From Octopus vulgaris (lineage: Eukaryota), in the NCBI GenBank assembly GCA_951406725.2, contig OX597830.1:42346001-42410000 (forward strand): a DNA stretch of 64,000 nucleotides. The letters run 5' to 3'. The translations under genes were made by a program, and so were the position numbers. Each line of letters begins with the position of its first letter. The first letter of the stretch is position 1. Under the pieces are notes generated by a model that was not told the origin of the DNA, did no database searches, and saw only the letters and a list, made by a program, of their open reading frames with translations. Positions 1 to 13,488 of this stretch are shown in pieces.

Positions 1-60
1 TATTATTATTATGATGATGATGATGATGATGATGATGACAACGCCGACAGCGACGACGGC

Positions 61-91
<31 letters not shown>

Positions 92-331
92 GCCCTCAGT
101 GATTAAAGAAAGGATCATCGTCATCATCTTCATTGTCGTTGTTTCATCGTCACCACCACCACCACCACCACCACCACCACCATCACCACCTCCACCACCA
201 CCACCACCACCACCACCACCACCACCATTACCATCATCAAGCTCCCACCACAATCATCATCATCATTGTCATCATCATCCGTATCAGCAGCAGCATCTTC
301 CTCCTCTTCGTCATCGTCGTGATTGTTATTG

Positions 332-362
<31 letters not shown>

Positions 363-363
363 T
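1..363. repeat. Compound trinucleotide microsatellite (GAT/CAT/CAC)
   Basis: Direct reading; the poly-H/P/D ORFs in the track are translations of it. Confidence 0.95.
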
Positions 364-669
364 GCATGTAAGGCAGACAGACAAGTTTTTACCTTGATCG
401 CTCAGTGTTTTTCTTAAATTTTATTACAATTTATTTAATGAAAAGAGTTTCTTTTTGGATTATTTGCGAATAAAGGAATTATAGAAATTTTGGATGTTAT
501 TCTGTTACCCTAGGGTATACATAAAGTCTGGCAGTTATTTTAATTAAAATAAAAGTCATTTTTATTTACAAAGTCTTAAAAATGACTTCATCTTTTGGAG
601 GAGAGAAGAGAGTGTTTGTTGCAGTAGTGGTAGCATTAATGTAAATAGACACATCCTTTAAGAAGACCT

Positions 670-1080
670 ATACTCTACAGCTGAAGTGTTGAGACTGGTC
701 CCTCTGGTGGTGAAAAGCACCCGTGGCAGTCCACATAAAAGTGCTTGTGGGACACCATGTAAAAATGTCCATGTGGCACCTTGTAAAAGTGCCAATGCAG
801 TGCCCCATAAAAGCACTTGTGTGGTGCCATTTAAAAGCACTTTGTAAAGTGGTTGGCATGTTAGGAAGAGCATCCAGCTGTAGAAACCATGCTAAATCAG
901 TCTGGAGTCTGGTGCAGCCACCACCCTCCTCCCGGCTTGCCAGCTCTGGTCAAACAGTCCAATCCATGCTAGCATGGACGACACATGTTAAATGATGATG
1001 ATGAAGATGATGATGATGAGGATGATGATGATGATGATGGTGATGATGATGGTGATGGTGATGATGATGATGATGATGAT
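670..1080 (+). mobile_element. (GAT)n-tailed retroelement (probable RTE LINE 3' UTR or RTE-dependent SINE) with internal hairpin array
   Basis: Family core 'aggaagagcatccagctgtagaaac...gtccaatccatgctagcatgg...cgttaaa(tga)n', repeated many times in the window. Confidence 0.75.
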
Positions 1081-1499
1081 ATAGTTGCTGACATGGCTGC
1101 AGTTGAATGACTGAAACTAGTAAAAGACAAAATATATACAAGAAAAATAAATAGGCTTTGTAGGTGCAGGAGTGGCTACAGAGTGGAATAAGTACTAGGC
1201 TTACAAAAAATAAGTCCTGGGGTCGATTTGTTTGACTAAAGGTGGTGCTCCAGCATGGTCACAGTCAAATGACTGAAACATGTAAATGAACAAATGAATA
1301 AAAGAAAAGTAATAAAAAAGGGAAAGAAAACAAACTAATAATACCAAACAAGCAGATGCAGCAAACATTAAAATGAAGGCAAAAAAAAAAAATTAACAAA
1401 CAATAGCACAGGTTTTTCCTACATAGGTTACATACAATATCTAGACATAAGTCAGTTTGAAAACAAAAAAAAATATGAATAAGGCAACATGGGAGATTA

Positions 1500-1975
1500 T
1501 GTTACAAAGGCCAGTGCCTCCTTGCCTGAGCAACTCATTTAGGAGCAGGCAAGAAAATGAAAGCATCTTCCTGTATAGTTAGAAATAGTGAAAGCTTTTA
1601 CACAACTCCCAGAAAACAGTTGCAAGAAGCTGTAACTAATACATAGAAGGATGTAATTTTTATCAATCACAGAAAAGTGTGAAGTAGTGTCTGCTTTGTT
1701 TTTCGGCACCAGAAATAAGATGAAGAGACAAACCAGTCTGGTGCATCAGACACTTCTCAATACACTGGGACCATATTGCATGAGCCAGGACATTACAAAA
1801 ATTGCAATCAGGGGCACTGACTGTGATGTTGAATCCTAGTTGGTTATTATCTTTACAGGTGCAATACAGGTAAGTTGTGAGTGAAGAGAGCATGAACAAT
1901 AACATGCAGCATATGGTCAAGAAGAGCTTGTATGGATCTGAAAGCATTCATGACCCCCACCACCAGACCACAGAG
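1500..1975 (+). pseudogene. Highly degraded RTE-like LINE ORF C-terminal fragment
   Basis: Frameshifted translation 'HWDHIA*ARTLQKIAIRG...WSRRACMDL' resembles the RTE 'W.GHI.R...KTILQG...W' C-terminus. Confidence 0.3.
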
Positions 1976-2108
1976 TCATTCCAGAGTTGTGCTTCCGTCT
2001 GGCTGCATAAACAGAACCACTGAGATTAATGTTGCAGGGCAGAAAACCCAGTTAGTCTCATGGAAATAAAATCCATGTGAGAGCTTTCTGCTCCCGAAGG
2101 AAAACTGG

Positions 2109-2159
<51 letters not shown>

Positions 2160-2675
2160 AACAGAAAACAGCAGAACCAGTTGCATCATCAGAGCTTGAT
2201 TGAAAAATTCATCTCTTATACACAGACTGCTAGGTTTTTGCAACATCACCAATCGTTTAGTTAGTGTTAAACTATATTGGTTTGACGGACTTTCAATCTG
2301 GCATTGGGTGCTTGGGTACCTGTTGATGATGATTCACAATTTACACTGAAATCATGTGATACAACAGTGTCATCCATTGGTGTTGATGAAATTTCATCTA
2401 CTGATACCATCTGCACATTTTAGCATCTAACATCTATACAAGATGATTTCTCAAAATGATTACACCATTACAAACAACGCATACAAGTTAAGTTGCATGT
2501 ACAAATTAATATTCGTTGCAAAGGCTGCTTTTGTCACTCATAGCTAAATTTTTATCCTTATTATTGCTGGCCTTGTGCCAAAATCTGAAACTATTATTAT
2601 TATTATTATTATTGTTGTTGTTGTTATTATTATTATTATTATTATTGTTGTTATTATTATTATTATTATTATTAC

Positions 2676-3418
2676 TTTTTTTTTTTCTTCTTTCAAATTT
2701 TCTTCTATTTCTTGCCGAGTGTCTTCCCGACTCCTAGGGCAAAGAAACTCATAGTGAATATTGGTAGGCCATTAAACCAAACTCAGAAGTTCGTTCACTT
2801 TTTTTTTTTAAAGTTAGATTAAAATACATGAGCAGCAACAGTTCTCACATCGACAATGCTCTTCTCAATACGTGTGATGTACCAGTTAAGACAATCTTTT
2901 GCACTTCTTGCAGGGATGGTAAGCCAGGGATCATTCTCATATAATTTTCGGTTCCCTTCTTGATCATTCCTACGATCACTGGTATTGTAACCGCCTTGAG
3001 ATGCCACATTTTCTCAATTTCAATGAGTAGGTCTTTATATTTTCTGAGCTTGTCAAACTCTTTCGCTGAGATATTATGATCACAGGGGATGCTCATGTCG
3101 ATCAATAAGCAAACTTTATTGTTTTGGTCTTTCACAACAATATCTGGTTTATTGGTCTTGATGGTTCGGTCTGTATGTACTGGAAAGTCCCACAGAATGG
3201 TTACATTTTCTCCTTCAGTTACAGCCTCAGGGTGGTGATTATACCACTTGTCGGCAGTTTTGATATTGTAATGCCGACTTATTAGCCAGTGTAGATATTG
3301 GCCAACTCTGTCATGTCTTAATTTATACTCCACTGGTGCTAAGACTTTACATCCAGAGATTAGGTGGTCCACTGTTTCAATCATGTCGTTGCAGAATCGG
3401 CATTTTGGGTCTGCTCCA

Positions 3419-3420
<2 letters not shown>
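2676..3420 (-). mobile_element. 5'-truncated R4/Dong-clade non-LTR retrotransposon (CCHC knuckle + REL PD-(D/E)xK endonuclease + 3' UTR)
   Basis: KCRFC..ETVDHLISGC, RHD, ILWDFPVHTDRTIKTNKPDIVV..CLLIDMSIP..K..KYKDL; flanked on both sides by (TAA)n on the sense strand. Confidence 0.9.
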
Positions 3421-3475
<55 letters not shown>

Positions 3476-3639
3476 AAGGCTTGAGCTGGCAGAATTATTA
3501 CCACGCTGGATGAAATGTTTAGTGGTACTTCGGTTGAGATAATTGAGTACTGGGGTTGAGATAATTGACTATGCCCCTCCCCACAAATTCCAGGCCTTGT
3601 GCCTATAATAGAAAGGGTTAGTATTATTATTATAGACAT

Positions 3640-4155
3640 TACACTGTATACAATATTGTGAGGTTATTGATTGAAGATATTGTGTCTACTGGGGGTTTGC
3701 ACTGTTTGTCAAGTCACAACAAGGACCTCAGACAGACAGTACTTTATGCAATATGCATGCAGTTCCAAGTAATGCTGACTTTTGCAATATACCTAGATTG
3801 TAGGGTATCCCTAAGGTTTTCAGATGTTTTTTTTCAGACTGGGTGGTATTGAACCCAATGCTCTGATGACAACAGGGATAACCCTTATGTTTGACTCTCA
3901 TAGCTGCCACATCTTAGTGATCGCAATTTTCTGGTCTCCATATTTATCAACCTTTACTCTTCCTTTCATGATATGTTGATCTCCTGGCACTGCCATGTCA
4001 ATTATTAGGCATTTTTGTTTGTCCCTCCTGAAGGTTACTATATCCGGCCTTCAGTGCTCTAATACCTTGTCTGTCTGGAAGTCAATGTCCAAGAGGAATT
4101 TTGCCTTCCCTATTTTCCTCATTATCTTTACCAGTGTATGTTGGTACCAAGCACC

Positions 4156-4157
<2 letters not shown>
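3640..4157 (-). mobile_element. Degraded R4/Dong-clade LINE 3' fragment (second subfamily)
   Basis: WYQH...DFQTDKVLEH*RPDIV...CLIIDMAVPGD...KSALLGTACILHKVL; abuts (TAA)n at 4158-4234. Confidence 0.8.
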
Positions 4158-4235
<78 letters not shown>

Positions 4236-5019
4236 GGGCAGAATTGTTAGTGTGCTGAGAAAAATGCTCAGCAGCATTTTGCCTGTCTTTCTTTTCTGTG
4301 TTCAAATTCCACTGAGGTCGACTTTACTTTTCATCCTTTCATATATTCAGTTTTTGTCTGCCAAATTCACTCCCAAGGCTTTGGTTGGCTCAAGGCTGTA
4401 AACAGAAAACAATTTCCATTACTGCCATCATTTCACAATTTGTTGCTTTACAATGCATTCACAGGTAGACGGGTTTTATCCAGCACTTCATATCAATATG
4501 CTGCTTGCTGGGTCCTGTAGCAACTGTATTACAATAGAAATATTTGCATAAAAGAAAAACAAAAACAAAAAAAGCAAAAACAAATATAAAAAAAAACAAC
4601 AAAAACATTGAATATCACTGGATAATGAGATTAATTGATAATTAAATTACAAGGGAATGTTGAAACATTTGTGTCATACAAAAGTTGGCTCCGATTATTT
4701 CTAATGCTTTCAGTATCAGAAATTCCACAGTATGGGGTAAATATGGTGATTGAAGAAAATGTTAGAAGTTAGTTAACATTGTTGTCTGGCTGAACAACCA
4801 AGTGAGTCAGTTGTGTATTAAATTTTTCAGATTGTATCTTTATCACTCTATGATTCAATCTGGAGGTGATTAAAAGTTCATACTGACATGTGACTCCCTC
4901 CCTTTCTCTCTCTCTCTCTCTCTCTCTCTCCACATGCACACATAAATACATATATACATATATGCACACACAAATACACCTATCTTTGCTATGCAAACAC
5001 TAAGACGCATACTATACAC

Positions 5020-5070
<51 letters not shown>

Positions 5071-5486
5071 CATACATAAAAACCACCCAGGACACCCTGT
5101 AAAAGAGGTTGGCATTAGGAAGGGCATCCAGCCATAGAAACCTTGCCAGAACAGACAAGTGCAGCTTGGTGCAGCTCTCTCACTTGCTAGATTCTGTTAA
5201 ACTGTCCAATCCATGCCAACATGGAAAACTGGCATTAAATGATAATGATGATGATGATGATGATGTTGTTGAACATGATATACATACAAACCAACTTCAG
5301 TCTACAGTAAGATCGATGATGGTAGAATATAAGAAGTTAATTCAGACGCATGTTTTCCTCTCCTAATTAATTTCTGTCGAAGAGCATATGCTTGAAGCAT
5401 TAAATACCATTTTCCCTGACCGTTAAACTAATACATCCTGTTTATTGTTCTTTCACCTATATTTGTGTTTTTTGTATATTTCTGGA

Positions 5487-5566
<80 letters not shown>

Positions 5567-5589
5567 AATGTAACTACACACATGCTGTT

Positions 5590-5730
5590 AGCAATTTCTT
5601 TCCTTCTTTGGACTTTTCCCTTTCTCCTTTCTGATGAGAGCTATACTCGAAATGTCAAACTCTCTCTTTTCACTGAGCATCAAGCTAATACATTTTTTAT
5701 GCACATTAATTTTATCATTTATTTGAATTG
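5590..5730 (+). mobile_element. Short Penelope pseudo-LTR-like module with minimal hammerhead motif (5628-5660)
   Basis: ttt CTGATGA GAG ctata CTC GAAA tg TC aaa; related to the modules at 13000, 36768 and 55178. Confidence 0.55.
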
Positions 5731-5784
5731 ATATATATATATATATATATATCGTCCAACCCATGCTAGCATGGAGAGAGAGAG

Positions 5785-5844
5785 TTAGATAGATAGATAG
5801 ATAGACAGGCAGATATACAGATATATATATATATATATATATAT

Positions 5845-5877
<33 letters not shown>

Positions 5878-5890
5878 CAAACAGACAGAC

Positions 5891-5949
<59 letters not shown>

Positions 5950-5997
5950 AAAACAGATAGACAGACAGATAGATAGATAGATAGATAGATAGATAGT

Positions 5998-6061
<64 letters not shown>

Positions 6062-6100
6062 CAGATAGATAGACAAACAGACAGACAGACAGATAGACAG
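5785..6100. repeat. (GATA)n/(GACA)n/(TA)n microsatellite
   Basis: Direct reading. Confidence 0.95.
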
Positions 6101-6864
6101 ATCTCCATGTGAATCTATGTATACCTGCAGCTGTATGTGTATGCACAGAAAATATATCTAAATGGTTTCTTACATTCCAAAGGTGAATGTAAAAAGATTT
6201 TTAAAATTTAGAATAAAATCTTGTTTTACGTCTGTCTTCCTTCCTGCTTTTAGTGAACCCCCATTAATCACAGCAAATTTTTAGAGCACTTTTTCTAGTA
6301 CCTTCCCAAACACCGAGTGACTTGGGCAAACGTTCCTAAGCAGGGATGTTCCTCAGACACAGGAAACTCCACTGAAGCAGTTTCTCTCCATGAAAACATG
6401 GCAACTGTGTTAGAATAAGTCTCCTGCCACCTTTGTGTGTAGATTTGTGGCTGTGTGCTGCCAATGATTAAATCTGCACATATCGCCACTCCTCCATTGC
6501 CACAAGGCTTTGGTAAAAAGATAAAGTGAACCAGATAAAACAGGACATCTGTAAGTTATTTTATTAAAACGACACACACCTGTGCAGCATGCATCTCACT
6601 CTTTAAGAAGCAGTGACTGGAATCCACTGCCAACGACTGCAAGATGAATGGCAGCTACATCAATGGCAGGTTTGATTTCAGTGTGCTTTCGCTTAGACTT
6701 TTCACATCAAAAGGATAATCTACAAGTCAGCATCGATTTGAAAGAAACTTATTTGCATACGTTTAGTGGTGCAGCTTTTACCATAGTTATTATATGTCAC
6801 TTCTCAGTTAGATGCTTCACAGAATCATCACAATTAGCATCGTCCACAGACATATGTCTCTATA

Positions 6865-7240
6865 TTCATCATCGATGTCATCATCATCATCATCCTCATC
6901 TTCATCACCGTCGTCATCGTCATCACCATCATCATCATCATCATCATCATCATAGTTGTTGTCATCATTACCACCACCGCCACCATCATCATCATCTTCA
7001 CCACCACCAACACCACCAACATCATTACCATCGTTATTCTCACCATCATCATCATTATCATTACCATCCCCAACACCACCAGCATCATCATTACCATCGT
7101 TATTCTCATCACCATCATCATCATCATTATCATCATCATCATCATTACCACCACCACCACCACTACCACATCCACCACCATCATCATCTTCATCATCATG
7201 GACAACAACAACAATGAAATCAACAATGACAACATCGACA
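6865..7240. repeat. (CAT/CAC)n compound microsatellite with a ~60 bp internal duplication
   Basis: 'ccaacaccacca.catcattaccatcgttattctca' occurs twice (about 7007 and 7070). Confidence 0.9.
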
Positions 7241-7814
7241 ACAAGTGTATTAATGAGAATTAAAATGGAAAAAACAAAAATAGTAAAAGCAGCAAAACAA
7301 AGCAAAAAAAAAAAATTCCTCTCTAAGTTCCTATATGACACAAATACTTTTTCGGGCATCACAAAAGGGAACCTGGGAACATGTGGCATGCATGCCTTTC
7401 TCATACAGGTTCACAGTACAAGTGGATGAGATTATGGCCCGAGTGTGGTCATAGCTTGCAGGGTATTTATTCTACGATGCTGACAATTATACAGAATGGT
7501 AATGACAAATTGCTAATATTCATTACCTCATTTCCAAAATTTAACTGGAAATATTTTCCACATACAAAATTCTTTCATTTCATTTGGAATATTTTTTGGG
7601 TTTTTAGTTTCTATTGTTGTTTTTTTTTTGTTTGTTTGTGAACTAGTCTTTAATTTTCTTTCCCTATTTTTGTTTTAACAATTCTCAAGAATAGAAAAAA
7701 AAAAAGAAACATACACACACACATACACATACAAATAATTTTAAAAATTGGAAAAGAGAAAAAAAATGAAATATATAGTTGTAATATTAATAATAGTATT
7801 AATAATGGCTTCTG

Positions 7815-7821
7815 AATGATA

Positions 7822-7854
<33 letters not shown>

Positions 7855-8396
7855 TTGATGATGATAATGATAATAATAAGAATAGCAATGATGGTAATAA
7901 AAATAATAATAATGATGATGATGATGATGATAACAACAACAACAACAACAATAATAATAGAGCATGCACATTCACAAACACACACACACACATACACACA
8001 CACGCACACATGCATACACATGCACATGCGCACACACAAACACACCCTCACATGCACAGACGCACACCCACACATGCACACATGCACATACACACACATA
8101 CACACACACACAGACGTGCACGCTCATACACACATACACACACACAGACGTGCACGCTCACACACACACACAGAGAGCAAATGCTGTTTTCACAATTGGA
8201 ATTATTGAATATATTCATAGAATTTCGTTCATGCATGTAATTTCCAAGCAAGTGAGAGATGCTAACAAGACTGGCTGCTTTTTTAAAACATCAATTTATA
8301 TTTGTTTTAAAATTAAAAATGCCACTATATAATATGTCCTACACGTTAATGAGAAATCCTCCAAAATTATACATTACTACTCTGTTTCTTTGCTGG

Positions 8397-8483
<87 letters not shown>

Positions 8484-8544
8484 TATTGGGTTTCTGTTTT
8501 TAATATCATTATTATAATATTCATTATTATTATTATTATTATTA

Positions 8545-8578
<34 letters not shown>

Positions 8579-8593
8579 CATCATCATCATCAT

Positions 8594-8649
<56 letters not shown>

Positions 8650-9078
8650 TTGTTATTTTAGCTTTTGAAATTTTTTTGTTTTTTTTTGTTTAATATATCA
8701 TTTAATATTATTGTTGTTGTTGTTATTATTATTATTATTATTGTTATTATTATTATTATTGTTTATTTTTGATATACATTTTTTTAATGAGTTACTATTA
8801 TCATGAATCATTATCATTATAATCATTATTACCATCCTATCATCATCATCATCATCATTATCATCATCGTCATCATCATTATTATCATTATTGTCATGAT
8901 TATTACTATTATCTTGATCACTATTATCATAAATATTATTATTAGATCATTATTATTGTTATTGTTGTTGTTATTGATATTATTATTATTATTATTATCA
9001 ATATTGCAGTTCTTTTTGTTATTGTTGTTGTTATTATAATTATCATTATTATTATTATTGTTATTATTGTTGTTGTTG

Positions 9079-9125
<47 letters not shown>
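7815..9125. repeat. Microsatellite block (GAT, CA, TA, TTA, TAG)
   Basis: Direct reading. Confidence 0.9.
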
Positions 9126-9126
<1 letters not shown>

Positions 9127-9881
9127 CTTTTCTCTTTTCTCCCCCTCCCCCCAATTATGATCAGTTTGTAAAAGGCTGAAAAATGTGTCAGAATTTCAAT
9201 CAGATGTGATTTCAATAACTGTTTTGTTATAAGCCTCACATTCATGGACCATTAAGGGGAGCCTGATGGAATTGTTTTGTCTTATCGACAACGCAGTCAG
9301 CATTTGCATTAGTTTGGTTTGGTTTGGAAAATCAATTCAGTATTTAGTGAAAGAATCATGGCAAGTGACGCTTAAAGCTGCAAATTATTTTGCCAAAATG
9401 TGTGCATCCATTAGCTGTTTCAAGTTGCTAGATATTGTTTCTCCCTCGTTTATTTACAGTTGAATATATATCATTTCATAATTGTCGAACCAATAAAGTC
9501 TTTATAACAAGAATTTAATGAAAAAAAAAAAAAAAATAATTGATTAAAATAAATAAATAAATGAACAAAAAAGGGTTCTGTTTAATAATTCCCTTAAAAT
9601 ACAGGTAAAAATTTAATGCAATTTAGAGTTATCTGCACTGCATATTTATTTACTTTTTGCTTCTTTGGAAATTATATACAACTGCCATTAGCAAAGCTTG
9701 TGTAAATTTGATGTGAACAACATGGTGCAGTTTCTAGATGAGTGAAACATTGATAAATAATGATTGAATAGAAATTGTGTATACAAATAGATGATCAACC
9801 ACTACTGCTATGTTCAGAGTTTCACATAGATTATCATCATCCAGTCTTCTTCATGTGTGTGTATATATATATATGTATATA

Positions 9882-10108
9882 TATTTCTTTACTACCCACA
9901 AGGGGCTGAACACAGAGGGAACAAACAAGGACAGACAAATGGATTAAGTCGATTATATTGACCCCAGTGCATAACTGGTACTTAATTTATCGACCCCGAC
10001 AGGATGAAAAGCAAAGTTGATCTCGCCGAAATTTGAACTCAGAACATAATGGCATACGAAATACGGCTACGCATTTCGCCTGGCATGCTAACGTTTCTGC
10101 CAGCTTGC
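9882..10108 (-). mobile_element. tRNA-derived SINE with Meta-SINE-like central domain
   Basis: Reverse complement of the 56464-56694 family (B box GAGTTCAAAT; 'tttcatcc...ggggtcgataaattaagtacc'). Confidence 0.85.
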
Positions 10109-10174
<66 letters not shown>

Positions 10175-10176
<2 letters not shown>

Positions 10177-10363
10177 TCATCATCATCATCATCATCGTCG
10201 TTTAGCGTCCGTTTTCCATGCTAGCATGGGTTGGACGGTTCTACTGGGGTCTGTGAAGCCAGAAGGCTTCATCAGGCCCAGTCAAATCTGGCAGTGTTTC
10301 TACGGCTGGATGCCCTTCCTAACGCCAACCACTCCGTGAGTGTAGTGGGTGCTTTTTACGTGC

Positions 10364-10366
<3 letters not shown>
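10175..10366 (-). mobile_element. (GAT)n-tailed RTE-type element, 5'-truncated, inserted in (TA)n
   Basis: Reverse complement of the 52889-53188 family. Confidence 0.85.
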
Positions 10367-10404
<38 letters not shown>

Positions 10405-10409
<5 letters not shown>

Positions 10410-11080
10410 TATGATTATGTATTCATTTTGCAAAATTCTTGATGTGAAGTCGTGTGTTGAAGCAGATATTATTGTATTTAGGGATGGTCATGTTGCCAAT
10501 TTAGCCAATGAAAACACACGCACTATTTATTCAGTGTTCGCTTGCTTCAGCTTTATTTTATATTAATTGCATTTCAGCCAGAGTTCTTTTGTCACACTTC
10601 TGTGACCTCATCAGTGGTCCTTTGCTTTCTTCTTTCTTTTTTGTGGCTCTCCTTACTAACGATCTGCCATTTTGTGTTCCTGTTGTGTCATTATTTGTGC
10701 ATGTGCATCTCCCTGTGTGTGTGTCTATGTTTAGTAAGTGTGTGTGTGGGAATGTGTATGGTATCTGCATTTTCAGGATTCCCTGTTCATTTCATTTCAT
10801 TTATTTGTTTTTATCCACTTACGCTTTTCTTGTATTAATTATTATGTTTTGTTTTGGGATTTGGTTTGCAAGATTCTTTTATGTGAGTTCGTGTGTTGGT
10901 GTATATTCTGTTGTGTCTGGGGAGAGTCATTTTCTTTTTGTGCCTTATAATGTAACACACTCACTGGTAAAATTTCCACTTATTTCTTATTTTTATTTTC
11001 CTAAAATTTTTGTTGCGTCTTGCAACCTTTTCAATAGTCTTGACTCTGTCCATTATTTACACTGCGTTTCTCTATGTTTG
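10405..11080 (-). mobile_element. Penelope pseudo-LTR-like fragment with decayed hammerhead (10578-10617)
   Basis: 10470-10680 is homologous (inverted) to 52600-52840 beside the GIY-YIG ORF; minus strand cca CTGATGA g gtcaca-gaag-tgtgac aAAA gaac TC tgg. Confidence 0.6.
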
Positions 11081-11613
11081 TTTGTGCACATGTGTGTGGA
11101 TCAGTGTGTGTGTGTGTGTGTGTGTGGGTGTGTGTGTGTGTGTGTGTGTTCCTGTGCATGCATGTACGTATGTATTTAATTACTTAATTCCATTTATTTA
11201 TTTATCTATTGGATTAGTTTCATATTAGTTTATGAGGATCTTATTCTGTCATCAGGTTGTGGTGTGTGTGTGTGCATGTGTGTGTGTGTGTGCTAGTGTT
11301 CCATTCTAGTTTTCTATTTAGGCTAGGTTTATCTTCTATTATGTGTGTAGCTTCTGTAATTTGTCTAAGCGTTGCACCTGTTCTATGTGTGGACAAGATT
11401 TTTACTTCTGTGTGTATGCTTGTGTGTGTGTGTGCGTGAATGTGTGTGTGCGTGCATGTGTGTGTGTATGTGTGTGTGTGTGTGTGTACGTGTATGTGCG
11501 TGCATTTGTGTATTTATGTTTGTGTTTGTCTCTCACCCCACTACCTGAGATCCAATGTTGTTCTTTTTACATCTCTGTAACTTAGTGATTCATCAAAAGA
11601 GACAAACATACTA

Positions 11614-12082
11614 CTGTATTTGATAGCATAAAAGCCACATCCCAGTTTTAGCAATGCATATTCGGGACCAATGTTTTTTTATTATGCATTTAAGCATGTA
11701 ATATAGGCCCAACTTTTCACATAGGGCCCAGGGTGATTTTTTTGACCATCCGATTGTGGCCGTTCGCCAGCCTCATCTGGCACCTGTGTCGGTGGCACAT
11801 AAAAAACACCATCCGAGCGTGGCTGTCTGCCAGCCTCATCTGGCACCTGTGTCGGTGGCACATAAAAAACACCATCCGAGCGTGGCCGTTCGCCAGCCTC
11901 GTCTCGCACCTGTGTCGGTGGCACATAAAATCACCCACTACACTCTCGGAGTGGTTGGCGTTAGGAAGGGCATCCAGCTGTAGAAACACTGCCAGATCTG
12001 ACTGGCCTGGTGCAGCCTTCGGGCTCCCCAGACCCCAGTTGAACCGTCCAACCCATGCTAGCATGGAAAGCAGACGTTAACC

Positions 12083-12115
<33 letters not shown>

Positions 12116-12157
12116 TGGTGGAGAAGAAAAGTGTATCTTATACACTATCAAATATGA
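11614..12157. mobile_element. pogo/Tc2-like MITE interrupted by a (GAT)n-tailed element
   Basis: TA-flanked imperfect TIRs 'ctgtatttgatagcataaaag' / 'cttatacactatcaaatatga'. Confidence 0.6.
11745..12111 (+). mobile_element. Young (GAT)n-tailed RTE-type element with three ~59 bp tandem units
   Basis: Units 'gcacctgtgtcggtggcacataaaaaacaccatccgagcgtggc...'; CpG-rich; approximate TSD 'gattttt..g'. Confidence 0.85.
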
Positions 12158-12367
12158 TAAGTACTGGGATAAATTTGTTTGATGAACCCAACAAGGGAGT
12201 GCTCCAGCTTGGCTGCAGTCCAGTGACTGAAACAAGTAAAAGAGTGAAATTGCACAGTTTTTATTTCACACTAAAATAAAACAAGTAGTTCAAATTGTGG
12301 ATTGATTCATGACATTTTCAATGTTTTTAAAATTTTTGCATGAACATATATGTGTGGGTATGTACCT

Positions 12368-12452
<85 letters not shown>

Positions 12453-12744
12453 TGTGTTGTGTATGTATTCATGTATCTAGTCATGGATGGCCATAGTCCC
12501 AGCAGTGTACTTAATGGCAGTAGGAGAGGGTAAGGGCCCTCTCAGGTCACAGAGGATTTTAGTCAAAGAAATCGACCCTTGCAATTATTCTTTGTAAGCC
12601 TACTAATTCTATTGGTCTCTTTTGCCAAATTGCTAAGTTATGGGGCCATAAACACACCAGCATCAGCTGTCAGGTGATAGCAGAGGCACAAACACAAACA
12701 CACACATAAATGTATACATACATATACATACATATACATATATA

Positions 12745-12980
12745 CAGGGTGGCCCAAAAGTAGGTTTACAGTTATTCATCTATCTCTTTCACATTCATAT
12801 ATTAACAGTTTAGATCTTAATTATAAGAAAAATATGAAACTATTACTCTATGCTAATTTAGTTAATTTTATCAAGCCCCCTTTTCAGTTTGTAAGATAGA
12901 AATTTAAATGTAATAAAATGTTTTAAAAGAACATTAAGGTGCCTACGTGATAACTGTAAACCTACTTTTAGGCCACACTG
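12745..12980. mobile_element. Tc1/mariner-derived MITE
   Basis: ~31 bp TIRs 'cagggtggcccaaaagtaggtttacagttat' / 'ataactgtaaacctacttttaggccacactg'; TA on the left. Confidence 0.85.
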
Positions 12981-12999
12981 ATTGACCGCTAGCTACTAA

Positions 13000-13166
13000 A
13001 GCTTTCTTTTTTTATTCTCTCTCTGTTTATTTTCTCATGTTCCTTTCTGCTGAAGAGCATAGGCTTGAAATGTAAAAGATTTCTCACCTTTCCAAGCATT
13101 AAACTAATACACCTGTTTGTTGTTTACACACCTGTCTTTGTCGTTTGTTTTTTGTAAATTCCAACT
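13000..13166 (+). mobile_element. Pseudo-LTR-like module with decayed hammerhead (13044-13078)
   Basis: ttt CTGcTGA a GAGC atag GCTt GAAA tg TA aaag; followed by (TA)n. Confidence 0.5.
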
Positions 13167-13232
13167 ATATATATTATATATTTATATTTATATATATATG
13201 CATGTATGTATGTATGTATGTATGTAAGTATA

Positions 13233-13278
<46 letters not shown>

Positions 13279-13441
13279 ACTATTTATTAAAATTTTATGT
13301 ATTGATTAAGTCTTTCCTTGTTTGTTTTGCAAAATAGTGGTTTTGTCTCTAATAATATTTTATAATATTTTACTATAAAATTGGATTTAATCTTAAATCT
13401 GATTTTTTCCCTGTAAATTTGGATTTATTCCCTAATATTTA

Positions 13442-13488
<47 letters not shown>

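Noticed and set aside
4440-4530. Possible terminal exon (ATGPSKQHIDMKCWIKPVYL*) on the minus strand
   Set aside because: Short, no recognisable homology, and no upstream exon in a compatible phase
7409-7498. Possible 90 nt plus-strand exon (SQYKWMRLWPECGHSLQGIYSTMLTIIQN)
   Set aside because: Splice sites are plausible but there is no recognisable protein or partner exon
11745-11935. CRISPR-like regularly spaced repeats
   Set aside because: Whole ~59 bp units are duplicated with no unique spacers, inside a eukaryotic retroelement; no cas genes
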